Origin: a virus | Taxonomy: Duplodnaviria > Caudoviricetes | DNA length: 26,603 nt | Direction: 5' to 3' (one strand) | IMG/VR virus record: IMGVR_UViG_3300006162_000048 | Span: 1 to 26,603 of that record | Program-made: the position numbers and the translations under genes | In this document: positions 8,648 through 17,283 of the stretch, piece after piece | Numbering within the stretch: position 1 is the first letter of the stretch | Layout of the letters: each line of letters begins with the position of its first letter | Notes under the pieces: generated by a model | What the model was told of the DNA's origin: nothing | Seen by the model: only the letters and a program-made list of their open reading frames with translations | Databases searched by the model: none

Positions 8648-8971
8648 ATGCCAGGGCAAACAGGGCAAGGTTTTAACTACCAAAACATCACCAGCAATAC
8701 GACGACGACAATCTTCTCTGGTATCGGCCCGAACTACGTCGGTACGCCGATGGGGATACTGCACACCATCGTTGTCAACGGTGCCGGTGCCACGGGTGGA
8801 ACCATCACGATCTATGACAGCGCAACGGGATCTGGTGAGACTGTTGCCACGATCAACGTTCCCAACGCGGCCAGCAGTTTCACGGCGATCTACGATATAC
8901 AGTTGAACTTCGGGTTGACCATTGTCACGGCGACCATGACCGCCCCGGATATCACTGTCACCTGGATTTGA
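8648..8971 (+). CDS. Small beta-rich virion protein (possible head decoration)
   Basis: 107 aa, Thr/Gly-rich alternating beta pattern (GILHTIVVN, TITIYDS, GLTIVT); RBS AAGGGG. Confidence 0.7.
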   Translation: MPGQTGQGFNYQNITSNTTTTIFSGIGPNYVGTPMGILHTIVVNGAGATGGTITIYDSATGSGETVATINVPNAASSFTAIYDIQLNFGLTIVTATMTAPDITVTWI

Positions 8972-8977
8972 TTCCAC

Positions 8978-9006
8978 TTGACATAGATAGGGAATTGCGA
9001 CAGCGT
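8978..9006 (+). promoter_or_regulatory. Putative sigma70-type internal promoter
   Basis: Perfect -35 TTGACA (8978-8983), 17-nt spacer, weak -10 CAGCGT (9001-9006), in the only sizeable gap of the late block. Confidence 0.5.
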
Positions 9007-9065
9007 AGTAATTGGGTATGGCTGCTCCCGAACCAAAAGTGGCCCCACGAAGTTTGGAGCTAAAC

Positions 9066-9122
9066 ATGTTTCAGCCTCTGGAAGCAAAGCGTGGCCGTAA
9101 GGGCCGCAAGCATCGTCGTTAA
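9066..9122 (+). CDS. 18-aa Arg/Lys-rich micro-peptide MFQPLEAKRGRKGRKHRR
   Basis: GGAG Shine-Dalgarno at 9056-9059, 6 nt before the ATG. CGT/AAG/GGC codons like those of the capsid gene. TAA stop. Below the ORF-track size cutoff. Confidence 0.7.
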   Translation: MFQPLEAKRGRKGRKHRR

Positions 9123-9170
9123 TCAACCCACGGGTTGATTATGACCGTGGGGGGCGGGAAGCCCCTCACG
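9120..9170 (+). other. Two tandem hairpins
   Basis: TAATCAACC-CACG-GGTTGATTA (9120-9141, perfect) and CGTGGGGGGC-GGGAA-GCCCCTCACG (9146-9170, one G-U). No U-tract follows. Confidence 0.75.
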
Positions 9171-9191
9171 TAACATCTTGGAGAAGTAAAG

Positions 9192-9662
9192 ATGCCCATT
9201 CTTCACAACTGGGGCATGCCCCGGCTAGGTAGTCGGACAGGTCAGAACGTATCCAATGACCTGATGGGGGTGCGCTCCCGTTTGGTTCAGCCAGCCGCCT
9301 ATGGTGTGTCGCTGAACACGACCAACACGGATTACGTATACAACTTCACGCCGGTTCCGGGCGGTTATACCGGGACCGTGTACTTCATCGTTCGTGGTTT
9401 CACGATCACCAACGCATCGGCTTCCCTGGCTACCAGCCCGACAATCTCCCTGTTCACGGGCGCGGGCGGTACGGGTAGCAACCTGATTACCGCTGCCAGC
9501 CCGTCGAGCTTGACGGCCAGCAACCTGTTCTTGGATTTCACCCTTTCGGCCACGGCCACCAGCACGGTGTTAAGCACGCCGACACTGTACATTCGCACAG
9601 GTGCTTCCAACGCTGTTGCGGCCACGGCTGATTTCTACCTGTACATCGAGGTACTTCCGTAA
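9192..9662 (+). CDS. Beta-rich putative virion protein (156 aa)
   Basis: RBS GGAG; Thr/Ala/Gly-rich; located in the head module. Confidence 0.7.
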   Translation: MPILHNWGMPRLGSRTGQNVSNDLMGVRSRLVQPAAYGVSLNTTNTDYVYNFTPVPGGYTGTVYFIVRGFTITNASASLATSPTISLFTGAGGTGSNLITAASPSSLTASNLFLDFTLSATATSTVLSTPTLYIRTGASNAVAATADFYLYIEVLP

Positions 9663-10066
9663 TGGCAGATGTACAAGGCCCCGGTCCTGGGGGCGTAGGC
9701 ACGCTACCGCCGCAGGCTCCCACGGAGCAGGCTGGCGGGGTGCAGGCCCCCGGAGCTACCGCCCCGATGGGTGGGCCGATGGCTACTCCGCAGCCCAAGA
9801 TGGGCGAGCAGATGAAGGCCAAGGCGTCCATCGAAATGGCTATCAAGGTGCTCGGCATGAGTCAAGCCGCCTTTGAGCCGATGGGCGAGGAGGCCAAGGC
9901 AGTACGCAAGGCGCTGGATATACTTGCCAAGGCATTTGGCGGCACAGCGCACGATGCGAAGGATCTGGTTCCCACTGAAATTGCCCAACTGATGCAGGGC
10001 ATGAAGCCGCCACAGGGCGCACCACCGGCAGGTGGGCAACCGGGCGCACCACCCCCAGGAGCATGA
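9662..10066 (+). CDS. Hypothetical head-module protein (Pro/Gly-rich termini, helical core)
   Basis: TAATG coupling and RBS GAGG; 134 aa. Confidence 0.75.
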   Translation: MADVQGPGPGGVGTLPPQAPTEQAGGVQAPGATAPMGGPMATPQPKMGEQMKAKASIEMAIKVLGMSQAAFEPMGEEAKAVRKALDILAKAFGGTAHDAKDLVPTEIAQLMQGMKPPQGAPPAGGQPGAPPPGA

Positions 10067-10067
10067 A

Positions 10068-10361
10068 ATGGCACGTACTTCGACCACAGGCGTTTCCTAC
10101 TTCGCCAATCCCAAGGGTGGGCTGGCGATTCGTGGGCCGCTGGACAACAACCGCTTGAATGGGCGCATTTCCAATCCGCCCCGGTTTGGCAAATTGGGCG
10201 GTCTGGATATCCCGGCTGACAAGGGATTCAAGGAAAACATGTTCCGCATTGCTTCCCCTGGCATGACGGGCGACAACCCCATCAAGTCGGGCAAGATTGG
10301 TGACAACACCAAGCGCACCAAGCGGAACAAGACCAGTGATGTTGACACGAATTGGAGCTAG
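10068..10361 (+). CDS. Basic hypothetical protein (97 aa)
   Basis: RBS AGGAG before ATG 10068; MARTSTTGVSYFANPKGG...; Arg/Lys/Gly/Asn-rich. Confidence 0.75.
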   Translation: MARTSTTGVSYFANPKGGLAIRGPLDNNRLNGRISNPPRFGKLGGLDIPADKGFKENMFRIASPGMTGDNPIKSGKIGDNTKRTKRNKTSDVDTNWS

Positions 10362-10363
10362 TC

Positions 10364-10900
10364 ATGGCATCGCTTGAGAACCTTTCTGACGAACAGATCA
10401 GAAACCTGGCATCGGTTGCCAAGGATCTTTCTGATGACCCCAAGCTGCGACGCCAGTTTCAGCGGCTTATCAAGGAAAAGAAGCCCGAAACCATCTTCCC
10501 CGAGTTGGAAGTTGAGGATCGGGTGGCGGAAGTGTCGTCCAAGGTGGCTTCCGAAACCGAAGCCCTCAGAGCCGAAATCACCAACCAGAATCTTGCACTG
10601 CAACGCCGGGAGTTGAAGGTGTCGTTGCAGGAGAAGTATCCTGGGATCAGCTTCGAGGATATCGAAAAGACGATGGTGGATCACGCCATCGGCAAGCATG
10701 AGTCTGCTGCGCAATTCCTGTCCAACCAGCGCATGTTATCCGAGCCGTCCCCCGAAGTTCCGGGTCGCGGTGGTCCGATGATGATGCCCCAGGAAGCCAA
10801 GCAGTTCTTCAAGAGTCCCACCCGCACGGCCAACCGTCTTGCCCATGAAGTCATCACCGACCTCATGAACAAGCGTGCTCGCAACCGGGTGTCGGCATGA
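10364..10900 (+). CDS. Putative capsid scaffolding/assembly protein
   Basis: RBS GGAG before ATG 10364; charged, coiled-coil-like, 178 aa, just upstream of the major capsid gene. Function inferred from position. Confidence 0.6.
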   Translation: MASLENLSDEQIRNLASVAKDLSDDPKLRRQFQRLIKEKKPETIFPELEVEDRVAEVSSKVASETEALRAEITNQNLALQRRELKVSLQEKYPGISFEDIEKTMVDHAIGKHESAAQFLSNQRMLSEPSPEVPGRGGPMMMPQEAKQFFKSPTRTANRLAHEVITDLMNKRARNRVSA

Positions 10901-11067
10901 CCTTGCTGGAATCACTGAACGCAGAGAAGGCCAAGATTGAGGCCGACTATGCCGCAGCAAAGACGGCCATTGATGCAAAGATTGCTGCCACGGAAACGAT
11001 TTGGCAGCATGACGTTGAGTTGGTCAAAACCTGGTTCACAAACTTGAAGTCCCATCTGGGACTGTAG
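10897..11067 (+). CDS. 56-aa helical hypothetical protein
   Basis: ATGA overlap; MTLLESLNAEKAKIEADYAAAKTAIDAKIAATETIWQHDVELVKTWFTNLKSHLGL. Fills the gap before the capsid RBS; not in the ORF track. Confidence 0.7.
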   Translation: MTLLESLNAEKAKIEADYAAAKTAIDAKIAATETIWQHDVELVKTWFTNLKSHLGL

Positions 11068-11084
11068 TCTAAGGAGAGGCAATC

Positions 11085-12125
11085 ATGCCGGTGTTTGGTC
11101 AGGGCATAGTCCCCGCAGGTAGTTACGGTGGTGCGAACCTTGGGGGTGAACTCAATGCCGTCACCCGCCGCGCATTCGTGCCGAAGATGATTGTGCAGTT
11201 GTACAACAGCACGCCGTTCGCGGCCTCGCTGCTGTCAACAGCCCAATCGGCAACAGGTGGTGTGTCCTCAATCTCGATTCCGGTTCAGGGCAACCCATAC
11301 GTCAACACGCAGTATTCGGACTACACGGGTACTTTCAGCCAGCCTGCGGATTTGCAGGGTGCGTTCCTGGCCGAGTTCAATCTGAAAGTGCTGATTACTC
11401 CCATCCCGTTCCTGGGCATGGAAGGTCTGGTGCAGTTGGATCATGCGGTGATCCCGCTGATCGAGGCGCGCATGAACGATGCGACCAACTCGATGATCCT
11501 GACGATCACCAACAGTCTGTATGGCAACAGTTCCAACATGAACCAGATCATCGGCCTGCCCGGTGCGGTTGATGATGGCACGCAGATGGCGACCTACGGT
11601 AACATCAACCGTGCGACGTCGAACACGTGGTTCCAGTCCAAGGTCTATTACAACACCGGCGCTGCGGTCAACCCGACCCGCCAGAACGTGTTGCAGTGGA
11701 TTGCCGGTACGGTCAAGAACTGCGGCGAAGTCCCGACCTATGGCCTGTGCGGCCCCGGAACGTGGACTCTGCTGGCACAGGACTTCGTGGGCCAGGAAAC
11801 GTATGTTGTCACCCCGGATTCGGCCTTCTCGGATGATGGCAATGAGGGTGACGGCATCAAGGCGGCGTTCCGCGCCCTGATGGTTGGTGGTGTCCCGGTG
11901 TACATGGACCCGTACTGCCCGGAAGGTACGCTGTGGCTGCCGAACACGAACTACATGAATTTGTATGTCCACGAACAGGCGAGCTTTGCATTCACGGGAT
12001 TCGAAAGCCTGCTCCCGAACTGGCAGCTTGGCTTTGTCGGCGCAGTAGTAACTGCGGCGGAGTTGGTAAACGGGAAACCCAAAGCCAGCACGCAGGTCAA
12101 GAACCTGAACTACATCACGCTGTAA
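11085..12125 (+). CDS. Major capsid protein (HK97 fold expected)
   Basis: 346 aa, strong RBS AAGGAGAGG, strongly biased codons. C-terminal ALMVGGVPVYMDPYCPEGTLW..NTNY is typical of capsid P/A-domain ends. Position after the scaffold-like gene. Confidence 0.88.
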   Translation: MPVFGQGIVPAGSYGGANLGGELNAVTRRAFVPKMIVQLYNSTPFAASLLSTAQSATGGVSSISIPVQGNPYVNTQYSDYTGTFSQPADLQGAFLAEFNLKVLITPIPFLGMEGLVQLDHAVIPLIEARMNDATNSMILTITNSLYGNSSNMNQIIGLPGAVDDGTQMATYGNINRATSNTWFQSKVYYNTGAAVNPTRQNVLQWIAGTVKNCGEVPTYGLCGPGTWTLLAQDFVGQETYVVTPDSAFSDDGNEGDGIKAAFRALMVGGVPVYMDPYCPEGTLWLPNTNYMNLYVHEQASFAFTGFESLLPNWQLGFVGAVVTAAELVNGKPKASTQVKNLNYITL

Positions 12126-12134
12126 GGAACTGAC

Positions 12135-13277
12135 ATGGGACTTAACCAAATCGGCGGCGTAGCACGTAGCGGCTCGCTTGCATGGCAAAACGGCCAGCAG
12201 GTCGGTATCCCTGCCAGTGCTGCGTGGACGATCCCCTCGGGTAACACGTACATCACCCTTGGACCGTACACGGCACTGCAATACTATGACTCGCTGGCAA
12301 ACATCTGGCGCACGTACCAGACCGGGCCGACTTCCGACCCCGTTCTGGTGTCCTCGGACGGCGCAAACTATCGAGTGAAGAACGTGGTCGGTTCCTGCGT
12401 GGCGGGTGTCGTCACGGGCGCTGGATCGGGCATGAACAACGGGGTGTACTCGACCGCCCTGGGTTCCGGCCTTGCGGCGGCTGCGGGTAACTCCCTGACC
12501 TTCGCGGAAACCGTTGGTACTCCTACTCGCCGTGCCACGTACAACTTGGTGGTGGGTGGTGCAATCAGCACGACTGTTACCATCACCACGGCTGGTGCCA
12601 ACTACGTTGCGTTCCCGACGCTGATTGCTTCCGATCCTCCCTCGGGTGGTGTGCGTGCGACGGCTGTTGTTACAGCCCTGACTGCTGGTGGTGGCCTCTC
12701 CACCGTGACTGTTACCAACCAGGGTGCGGGCTATCTGACCGCCCCGACCTGGACGGTGGTTCCGCAGACGGGTGACACCACGGGTGCCGGTGCTGTGCTG
12801 ACCTCGACCCTGACGGGTTCGGGCACGCTGACCGCGATGTACGCAACCGATCCGGGCGCTGGCTACATTGCTGTGCCCACCTTCACCTTCACGGGTGGCG
12901 GTACTCCGGCTGCTACGGCTGTCATGTGCATTACGCCCACGGCCATTGCTGCGGCAACCATCACGGGTGGCACGGTCGGGGTGTATCCAACGGTCATCAG
13001 CGCGGGCTATGTGGCTGCGACCCCGATCTACACCAACACATCGGTCAGCACGGGTCTGTACACGCCGCAATCGGGTTTGATCCTTGCCAACGTGACCAGT
13101 GCCACGGCAATGACTTACGGCAACGGGGTGACGGCTTCCAACACCTTCCCGATCTACGGTGGTCTGCATCAGGCTTTGCCCACGGTAGCTCCGGCTTGGG
13201 GTACGCTAGCAACGTACACCGCTGGTGCGATCACGATGGGCTTGCCCAATGACGTTATCTGGGTTGTACCTGCGTAA
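12135..13277 (+). CDS. Gly/Thr/Ala-rich virion structural protein (decoration or fibre)
   Basis: 380 aa directly after the capsid gene with similar codon bias. Repeated TxxGxxY beta motifs (TTAGANY, TNQGAGY, TDPGAGY). Confidence 0.7.
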   Translation: MGLNQIGGVARSGSLAWQNGQQVGIPASAAWTIPSGNTYITLGPYTALQYYDSLANIWRTYQTGPTSDPVLVSSDGANYRVKNVVGSCVAGVVTGAGSGMNNGVYSTALGSGLAAAAGNSLTFAETVGTPTRRATYNLVVGGAISTTVTITTAGANYVAFPTLIASDPPSGGVRATAVVTALTAGGGLSTVTVTNQGAGYLTAPTWTVVPQTGDTTGAGAVLTSTLTGSGTLTAMYATDPGAGYIAVPTFTFTGGGTPAATAVMCITPTAIAAATITGGTVGVYPTVISAGYVAATPIYTNTSVSTGLYTPQSGLILANVTSATAMTYGNGVTASNTFPIYGGLHQALPTVAPAWGTLATYTAGAITMGLPNDVIWVVPA

Positions 13278-13648
13278 TGCAGATCACGGTCTATAACGGC
13301 AGCGGGGCAGATCACGCCGACAGATTCGACGGGAAGGATTATTTCTTCCCTGCTGGGGCTGCCGTGACCATCCCTGCCGAGGCCGCACAATTCCTCCTGG
13401 GTATGGGGCAGAAGGATAAGGACCACCTTCGCCTCATCACCCGGTTGGGTTGGGCACCCACGGGTTCCCAGATTCCGAAAGCCCTGGAACGCCTCAACGC
13501 ATTCTTGTTCGAGGAGTGCGTTGAGGAGGATGTTGAACCTGTGGAGATTGCCTCCCAGATCGAGCGTCCGGTGACTGTTCCCACAACGGATGCCCTGGTT
13601 GGTTCCATCAAGGGCAGAACGCGGTCTATCCTGCAAAAAGCGTCGTGA
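13277..13648 (+). CDS. Hypothetical protein (123 aa)
   Basis: TAATG coupling; fills the operon between structural genes. Confidence 0.75.
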   Translation: MQITVYNGSGADHADRFDGKDYFFPAGAAVTIPAEAAQFLLGMGQKDKDHLRLITRLGWAPTGSQIPKALERLNAFLFEECVEEDVEPVEIASQIERPVTVPTTDALVGSIKGRTRSILQKAS

Positions 13649-13651
13649 TGA

Positions 13652-14281
13652 ATGACCACTCTCGCAAACTATCTGACGAGTTGCCAGAGGCTTCTGCATG
13701 ACGCAACAAATCAGTTCTATTCCCAATCGGAACTGACGGATTACATCAACGAGGCGCGGCTGCGCGTCGTCCGTGATACCGGCTGCCTGCGGCAGCTAAT
13801 CACCACAACAGCATTTGTCCAGGGTCAGGAGGCGTATCCCTACGCTTCTAGCATCACCAATGGGTCAAACTGCATTGATATCCTCAACATCAATGTGATC
13901 TGGGGCAACAGCAAGATCGCCCTGGACTACCTACCGTGGAGCCGGTTCAACTATCAGGTGCGTTGGTGGACGCTGTTGCAGGGTCGGCCCATCGTGTTCT
14001 CCGTGTATGGGCAAAACACCTTCTACGTTGGCCCGCCACCGGATCAAGCGTATGCGACCGAAATTGATGCGATATTCGCTCCGACAGCGCTTGTTAATCC
14101 GGGCGATGTTGAGACAATTCCTATCCCATTCCAGTCCCCCGTGCCCTACTACGCCTGTTACCAGGCCAAGCAGCGTATGCAGGAGTGGGATGAAGCCCGC
14201 TGGTTCCAGAACATGTACAAGAGTCAGGTCAACTCGGCCAACAACTCCTCGTATACGCGGAGATTGAGCCGTGCCTTATAG
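13652..14281 (+). CDS. Head-tail adaptor / tail tubular protein A-like
   Basis: 209 aa; N-terminal helices TLANYLTSCQRLLHD...ELTDYINEA and C-terminal IPIPFQSPVPYYACYQA typical of adaptors; position. Confidence 0.7.
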   Translation: MTTLANYLTSCQRLLHDATNQFYSQSELTDYINEARLRVVRDTGCLRQLITTTAFVQGQEAYPYASSITNGSNCIDILNINVIWGNSKIALDYLPWSRFNYQVRWWTLLQGRPIVFSVYGQNTFYVGPPPDQAYATEIDAIFAPTALVNPGDVETIPIPFQSPVPYYACYQAKQRMQEWDEARWFQNMYKSQVNSANNSSYTRRLSRAL

Positions 14282-16208
14282 CTCATCTGGCAAGCCCCAG
14301 ATCAAGCAGCACCACTTCAAGGAATGGGGAAGTATTGATACTTCCTCAAACCGGCAGGCGATCAAGCCCACTGATTTTGCTTGGCTGGAAAACTTCATGC
14401 AGATTGGCAATGCCAACCTGCAATCCCTGGACGGGATTTCCGTAAGCCTTGGGGCCACGACCGGGGGTGATACGGTCTACGCGATGTTCGATGCCAACAT
14501 CGCGGGCAACGACACGCAGATGTGTTTTTGCACCAACGGCAACGTGTACACCTTCAACATGGTCAATGCCACCACGGGCACGATGACCAAGATTGCCACG
14601 GGCATTGCTGACCACGCTGCGGAGGCGTGCGCCCAGTGGCAGAACACCACAGCCCTGTTCATAGGGCCTACCGGGGGGTACAAGGCATGGAACGGAGCCT
14701 ACATACTCGACCTGAACACATCATTCACGATAACAGGAAGCGTTTTCGCGAATGTACTGACGGTAACGGCCTCACCTTCTGGATTCGTGTTGCAGCCGGG
14801 GATGACGATTACCACAAGCACACCCGCCTCTGCACCCATCCTTTCCTATGGGACAGGTACGGGCGGGAACGGCGCTGCCAATAGTGCGAATGGGACGTAT
14901 AACGTCACGATCGCCAACGTAGCCTCGGGGTCGATAACAGTCACCCAATCCGCGCCAACAGCCGGAACCTGCATTGCCACCTATGCTGGCCGGGTGTGGA
15001 TTGCCAATGGCCGCACGATCTACTGGTCGGCACCGGGATCGTTCTCCGATTTCACAGTCGGGGATGCGGGAGGCGCGCTAATCTCAAATGATTCTGCCCT
15101 GATGGGTAGCATCACTGCCATGATTGCCACGAACAACTACCTGTTCTGGGCAGGCTATGACTCCATCAATGTTATTTCGGATGTTCGTATTGGCAGCACT
15201 ACTAGCATTGTCGGTGGTACTACTAGCACGGCTACAGTCACACTCTTTACGAACACCAACATCAGCACCAATATCGGCATCCCCTCTAATTCATGCGTAG
15301 CGGGTTACCTTGGCACGATTGTATTCATGACCAATCGCGGCCCCTACATCCTCTCGGGGGCCATGCCGCAAAAACTGGGGAACAATCTCGATGGAATCGT
15401 CCCGTATATCGACTGGACTAAGCCGGTTTGCTGTGGCGTGGGACAGGTCAACTTCCTTTCCGCCAAACCAGGGCCTTCCGCCAACATCATATTTTGGGGA
15501 TTTAACTACAAGGACCCTCTACTGGGCGGTGGTTCGAGATACCTGTTCTCTTGCTTCTTTGACGGCAAGTGGTTCCTTGGGAGCGCAGGCCATCCCAATA
15601 ATAAACCCGCAGGTACGAACGTATCCCTGACCTATGCAGTGCAGGGCTACTCCGCTGGCGTGGCCCCCTATGCGGGCATCCCCTGCATGTTTGGCACGGA
15701 TGGAACCAACGTCTACCAGCTATTTGTCAACGACTACAACCCGGCATGGGGTCAGATCCAGACCGCGCTGTGGCACCACGGCGACCCCATCACCGACAAG
15801 CAGGTGATGCGCTTTGGCTTGGAGGCGAGCTACCCGCAGAGCAATGCGACCTTCTGGGTGACCAACGACTCGGAAAATGGAAGCTCCACGCCAACCTGGG
15901 CAATGTCCAGCATCAACATTGATATCTGGACCGATGCCGGTGCTGGTGGGGCTACCTATGGAGGGCCGGTGTCCACTTGGTACACGGCCAGCAGTACGGT
16001 GTCGATCTGGTATGGGCCTAACTTCAAGGCCATCTACATCGACCCGATGAACTCGTTTGGCAACACCAATCCGCAGATGGGCAAATACTACGGATTCACC
16101 ATCAATAATGGCAGGCCCAATTCCGGCACTGGTGGTTCCAATGCACCCACCAACGATATAACGGTCAATGGGATCTTGAGCGCATACATGGAACGGGCGA
16201 GGTGGTAG
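14271..16208 (+). CDS. Tail nozzle / tubular protein B-like (P22 gp10 equivalent)
   Basis: GTG start with GGAG RBS; 645 aa. Beta-propeller-like segments (IATYAGRVWIANGRTIYWSAPGSFSDF). Follows the adaptor gene. Confidence 0.7.
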   Translation: MPYSSSGKPQIKQHHFKEWGSIDTSSNRQAIKPTDFAWLENFMQIGNANLQSLDGISVSLGATTGGDTVYAMFDANIAGNDTQMCFCTNGNVYTFNMVNATTGTMTKIATGIADHAAEACAQWQNTTALFIGPTGGYKAWNGAYILDLNTSFTITGSVFANVLTVTASPSGFVLQPGMTITTSTPASAPILSYGTGTGGNGAANSANGTYNVTIANVASGSITVTQSAPTAGTCIATYAGRVWIANGRTIYWSAPGSFSDFTVGDAGGALISNDSALMGSITAMIATNNYLFWAGYDSINVISDVRIGSTTSIVGGTTSTATVTLFTNTNISTNIGIPSNSCVAGYLGTIVFMTNRGPYILSGAMPQKLGNNLDGIVPYIDWTKPVCCGVGQVNFLSAKPGPSANIIFWGFNYKDPLLGGGSRYLFSCFFDGKWFLGSAGHPNNKPAGTNVSLTYAVQGYSAGVAPYAGIPCMFGTDGTNVYQLFVNDYNPAWGQIQTALWHHGDPITDKQVMRFGLEASYPQSNATFWVTNDSENGSSTPTWAMSSINIDIWTDAGAGGATYGGPVSTWYTASSTVSIWYGPNFKAIYIDPMNSFGNTNPQMGKYYGFTINNGRPNSGTGGSNAPTNDITVNGILSAYMERARW

Positions 16209-16209
16209 C

Positions 16210-17283
16210 GTGGCTAAACCAGTAACGGGTCTGAACCAGTTCGAGAACAACGCCACGAACTCGCTGGTTTTGCTAGACCAGAATTTCACCACGCTGGCGC
16301 AGGCCATCAACGATCCTGCCAGCTACAGCAACTACGGCATTGACACGGGTGCGGTCAATGCAATGATTATCACCATCCCCAACCTGAACATGTCTGCCTA
16401 CACGGAAGGGCAGGTGTTCTCGGTGCGGGTGGCAAACACCAATACGGGCGTGGCAACGCTCAACGTCAATGCCATCGGCGCAAAGAGCATCTATCACCAG
16501 GATGGCACATCGCTGGTATCGGGCGACCTGGTACTGAACAACGTCTACATGTTCCAGTACAACAGCCTGCTCAATAGTGGGGCTGGTGGCTTCAACATGA
16601 TCGGCCTGGCCCCAACAGCCGCAGGCACAGCGCCTAGCGTAGCGATCACTGCAACGTCCACCAATGCGACGTTCTACCCGGTAATCGTAGCCTCGGCCAG
16701 CGGCAACCTTGCGGAGTACACCGCTGGTGGGCTGACGTACAACCCCAGTACGGGCGTGTTGGCGGCTACGGGTGGGTTCAACGGCACGGCTACTGGGCTA
16801 TCGGGGGCAAGCCCCGCCTTGGGAACGAACTGGAACATTGACACAAATGGTCAGTTGTCCAACACGACCAACACGTTGATGAGCGTTTGTGTGCGCAATT
16901 CCGCTTCCATTGGAAGCGGGACAGCGGTTACGTTCGACACCATCGCTGCGCAGAACGGTTCCAATTTCTCCCTATCCGGTGGCAACATCGTGTTCGCCAA
17001 TACGGGGATATATGAAATCAACCTGATGCTGACCATTCGCACCACTGCGGTCGGCTCATACAACGTCTACTTTGGCGGGACGATAGGATCAATCATCGGT
17101 CCGACCAGCACATATCCATTCTTTACATACACGGGAGCGACATTTTCTGCTCCGCTGTGCGCCGTATTGCGAGTTACCAGTGCCAGCCAATACCTGACCA
17201 TTACCAGCAGCGGTACGTTCAACGGATCGACCTACCTTATTGATGCTGGCTCTGCGATGGCTACCGTGCGGAGAATTGGATGA
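16210..17283 (+). CDS. Tail fibre A (shared N-terminal anchor, C1q/BclA-like C-terminal domain)
   Basis: GTG with GAGG RBS. NTNTGVATLNVNAIGAKSI fibre motif. C-terminal VTFDT..QNGSNFSLSGGNIVFANTGIYEI resembles C1q/TNF-like heads. Confidence 0.75.
   Translation: MAKPVTGLNQFENNATNSLVLLDQNFTTLAQAINDPASYSNYGIDTGAVNAMIITIPNLNMSAYTEGQVFSVRVANTNTGVATLNVNAIGAKSIYHQDGTSLVSGDLVLNNVYMFQYNSLLNSGAGGFNMIGLAPTAAGTAPSVAITATSTNATFYPVIVASASGNLAEYTAGGLTYNPSTGVLAATGGFNGTATGLSGASPALGTNWNIDTNGQLSNTTNTLMSVCVRNSASIGSGTAVTFDTIAAQNGSNFSLSGGNIVFANTGIYEINLMLTIRTTAVGSYNVYFGGTIGSIIGPTSTYPFFTYTGATFSAPLCAVLRVTSASQYLTITSSGTFNGSTYLIDAGSAMATVRRIG

Noticed and set aside
12123-12137. In-frame stop-to-start junctions (capsid to 12135; also 6227/6240, 13648/13652, 21310/21311, 24399/24409) suggesting readthrough or a recoded stop
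   Set aside because: The junctions use all three stop codons, other TAG and TGA stops lead to out-of-frame genes, and several downstream genes have their own RBS. One third of junctions are in frame by chance.
11268-13169. 633-aa minus-strand ORF
   Set aside because: Mirror of two codon-biased, in-frame structural genes; Arg/His/Gly-rich with no motifs.
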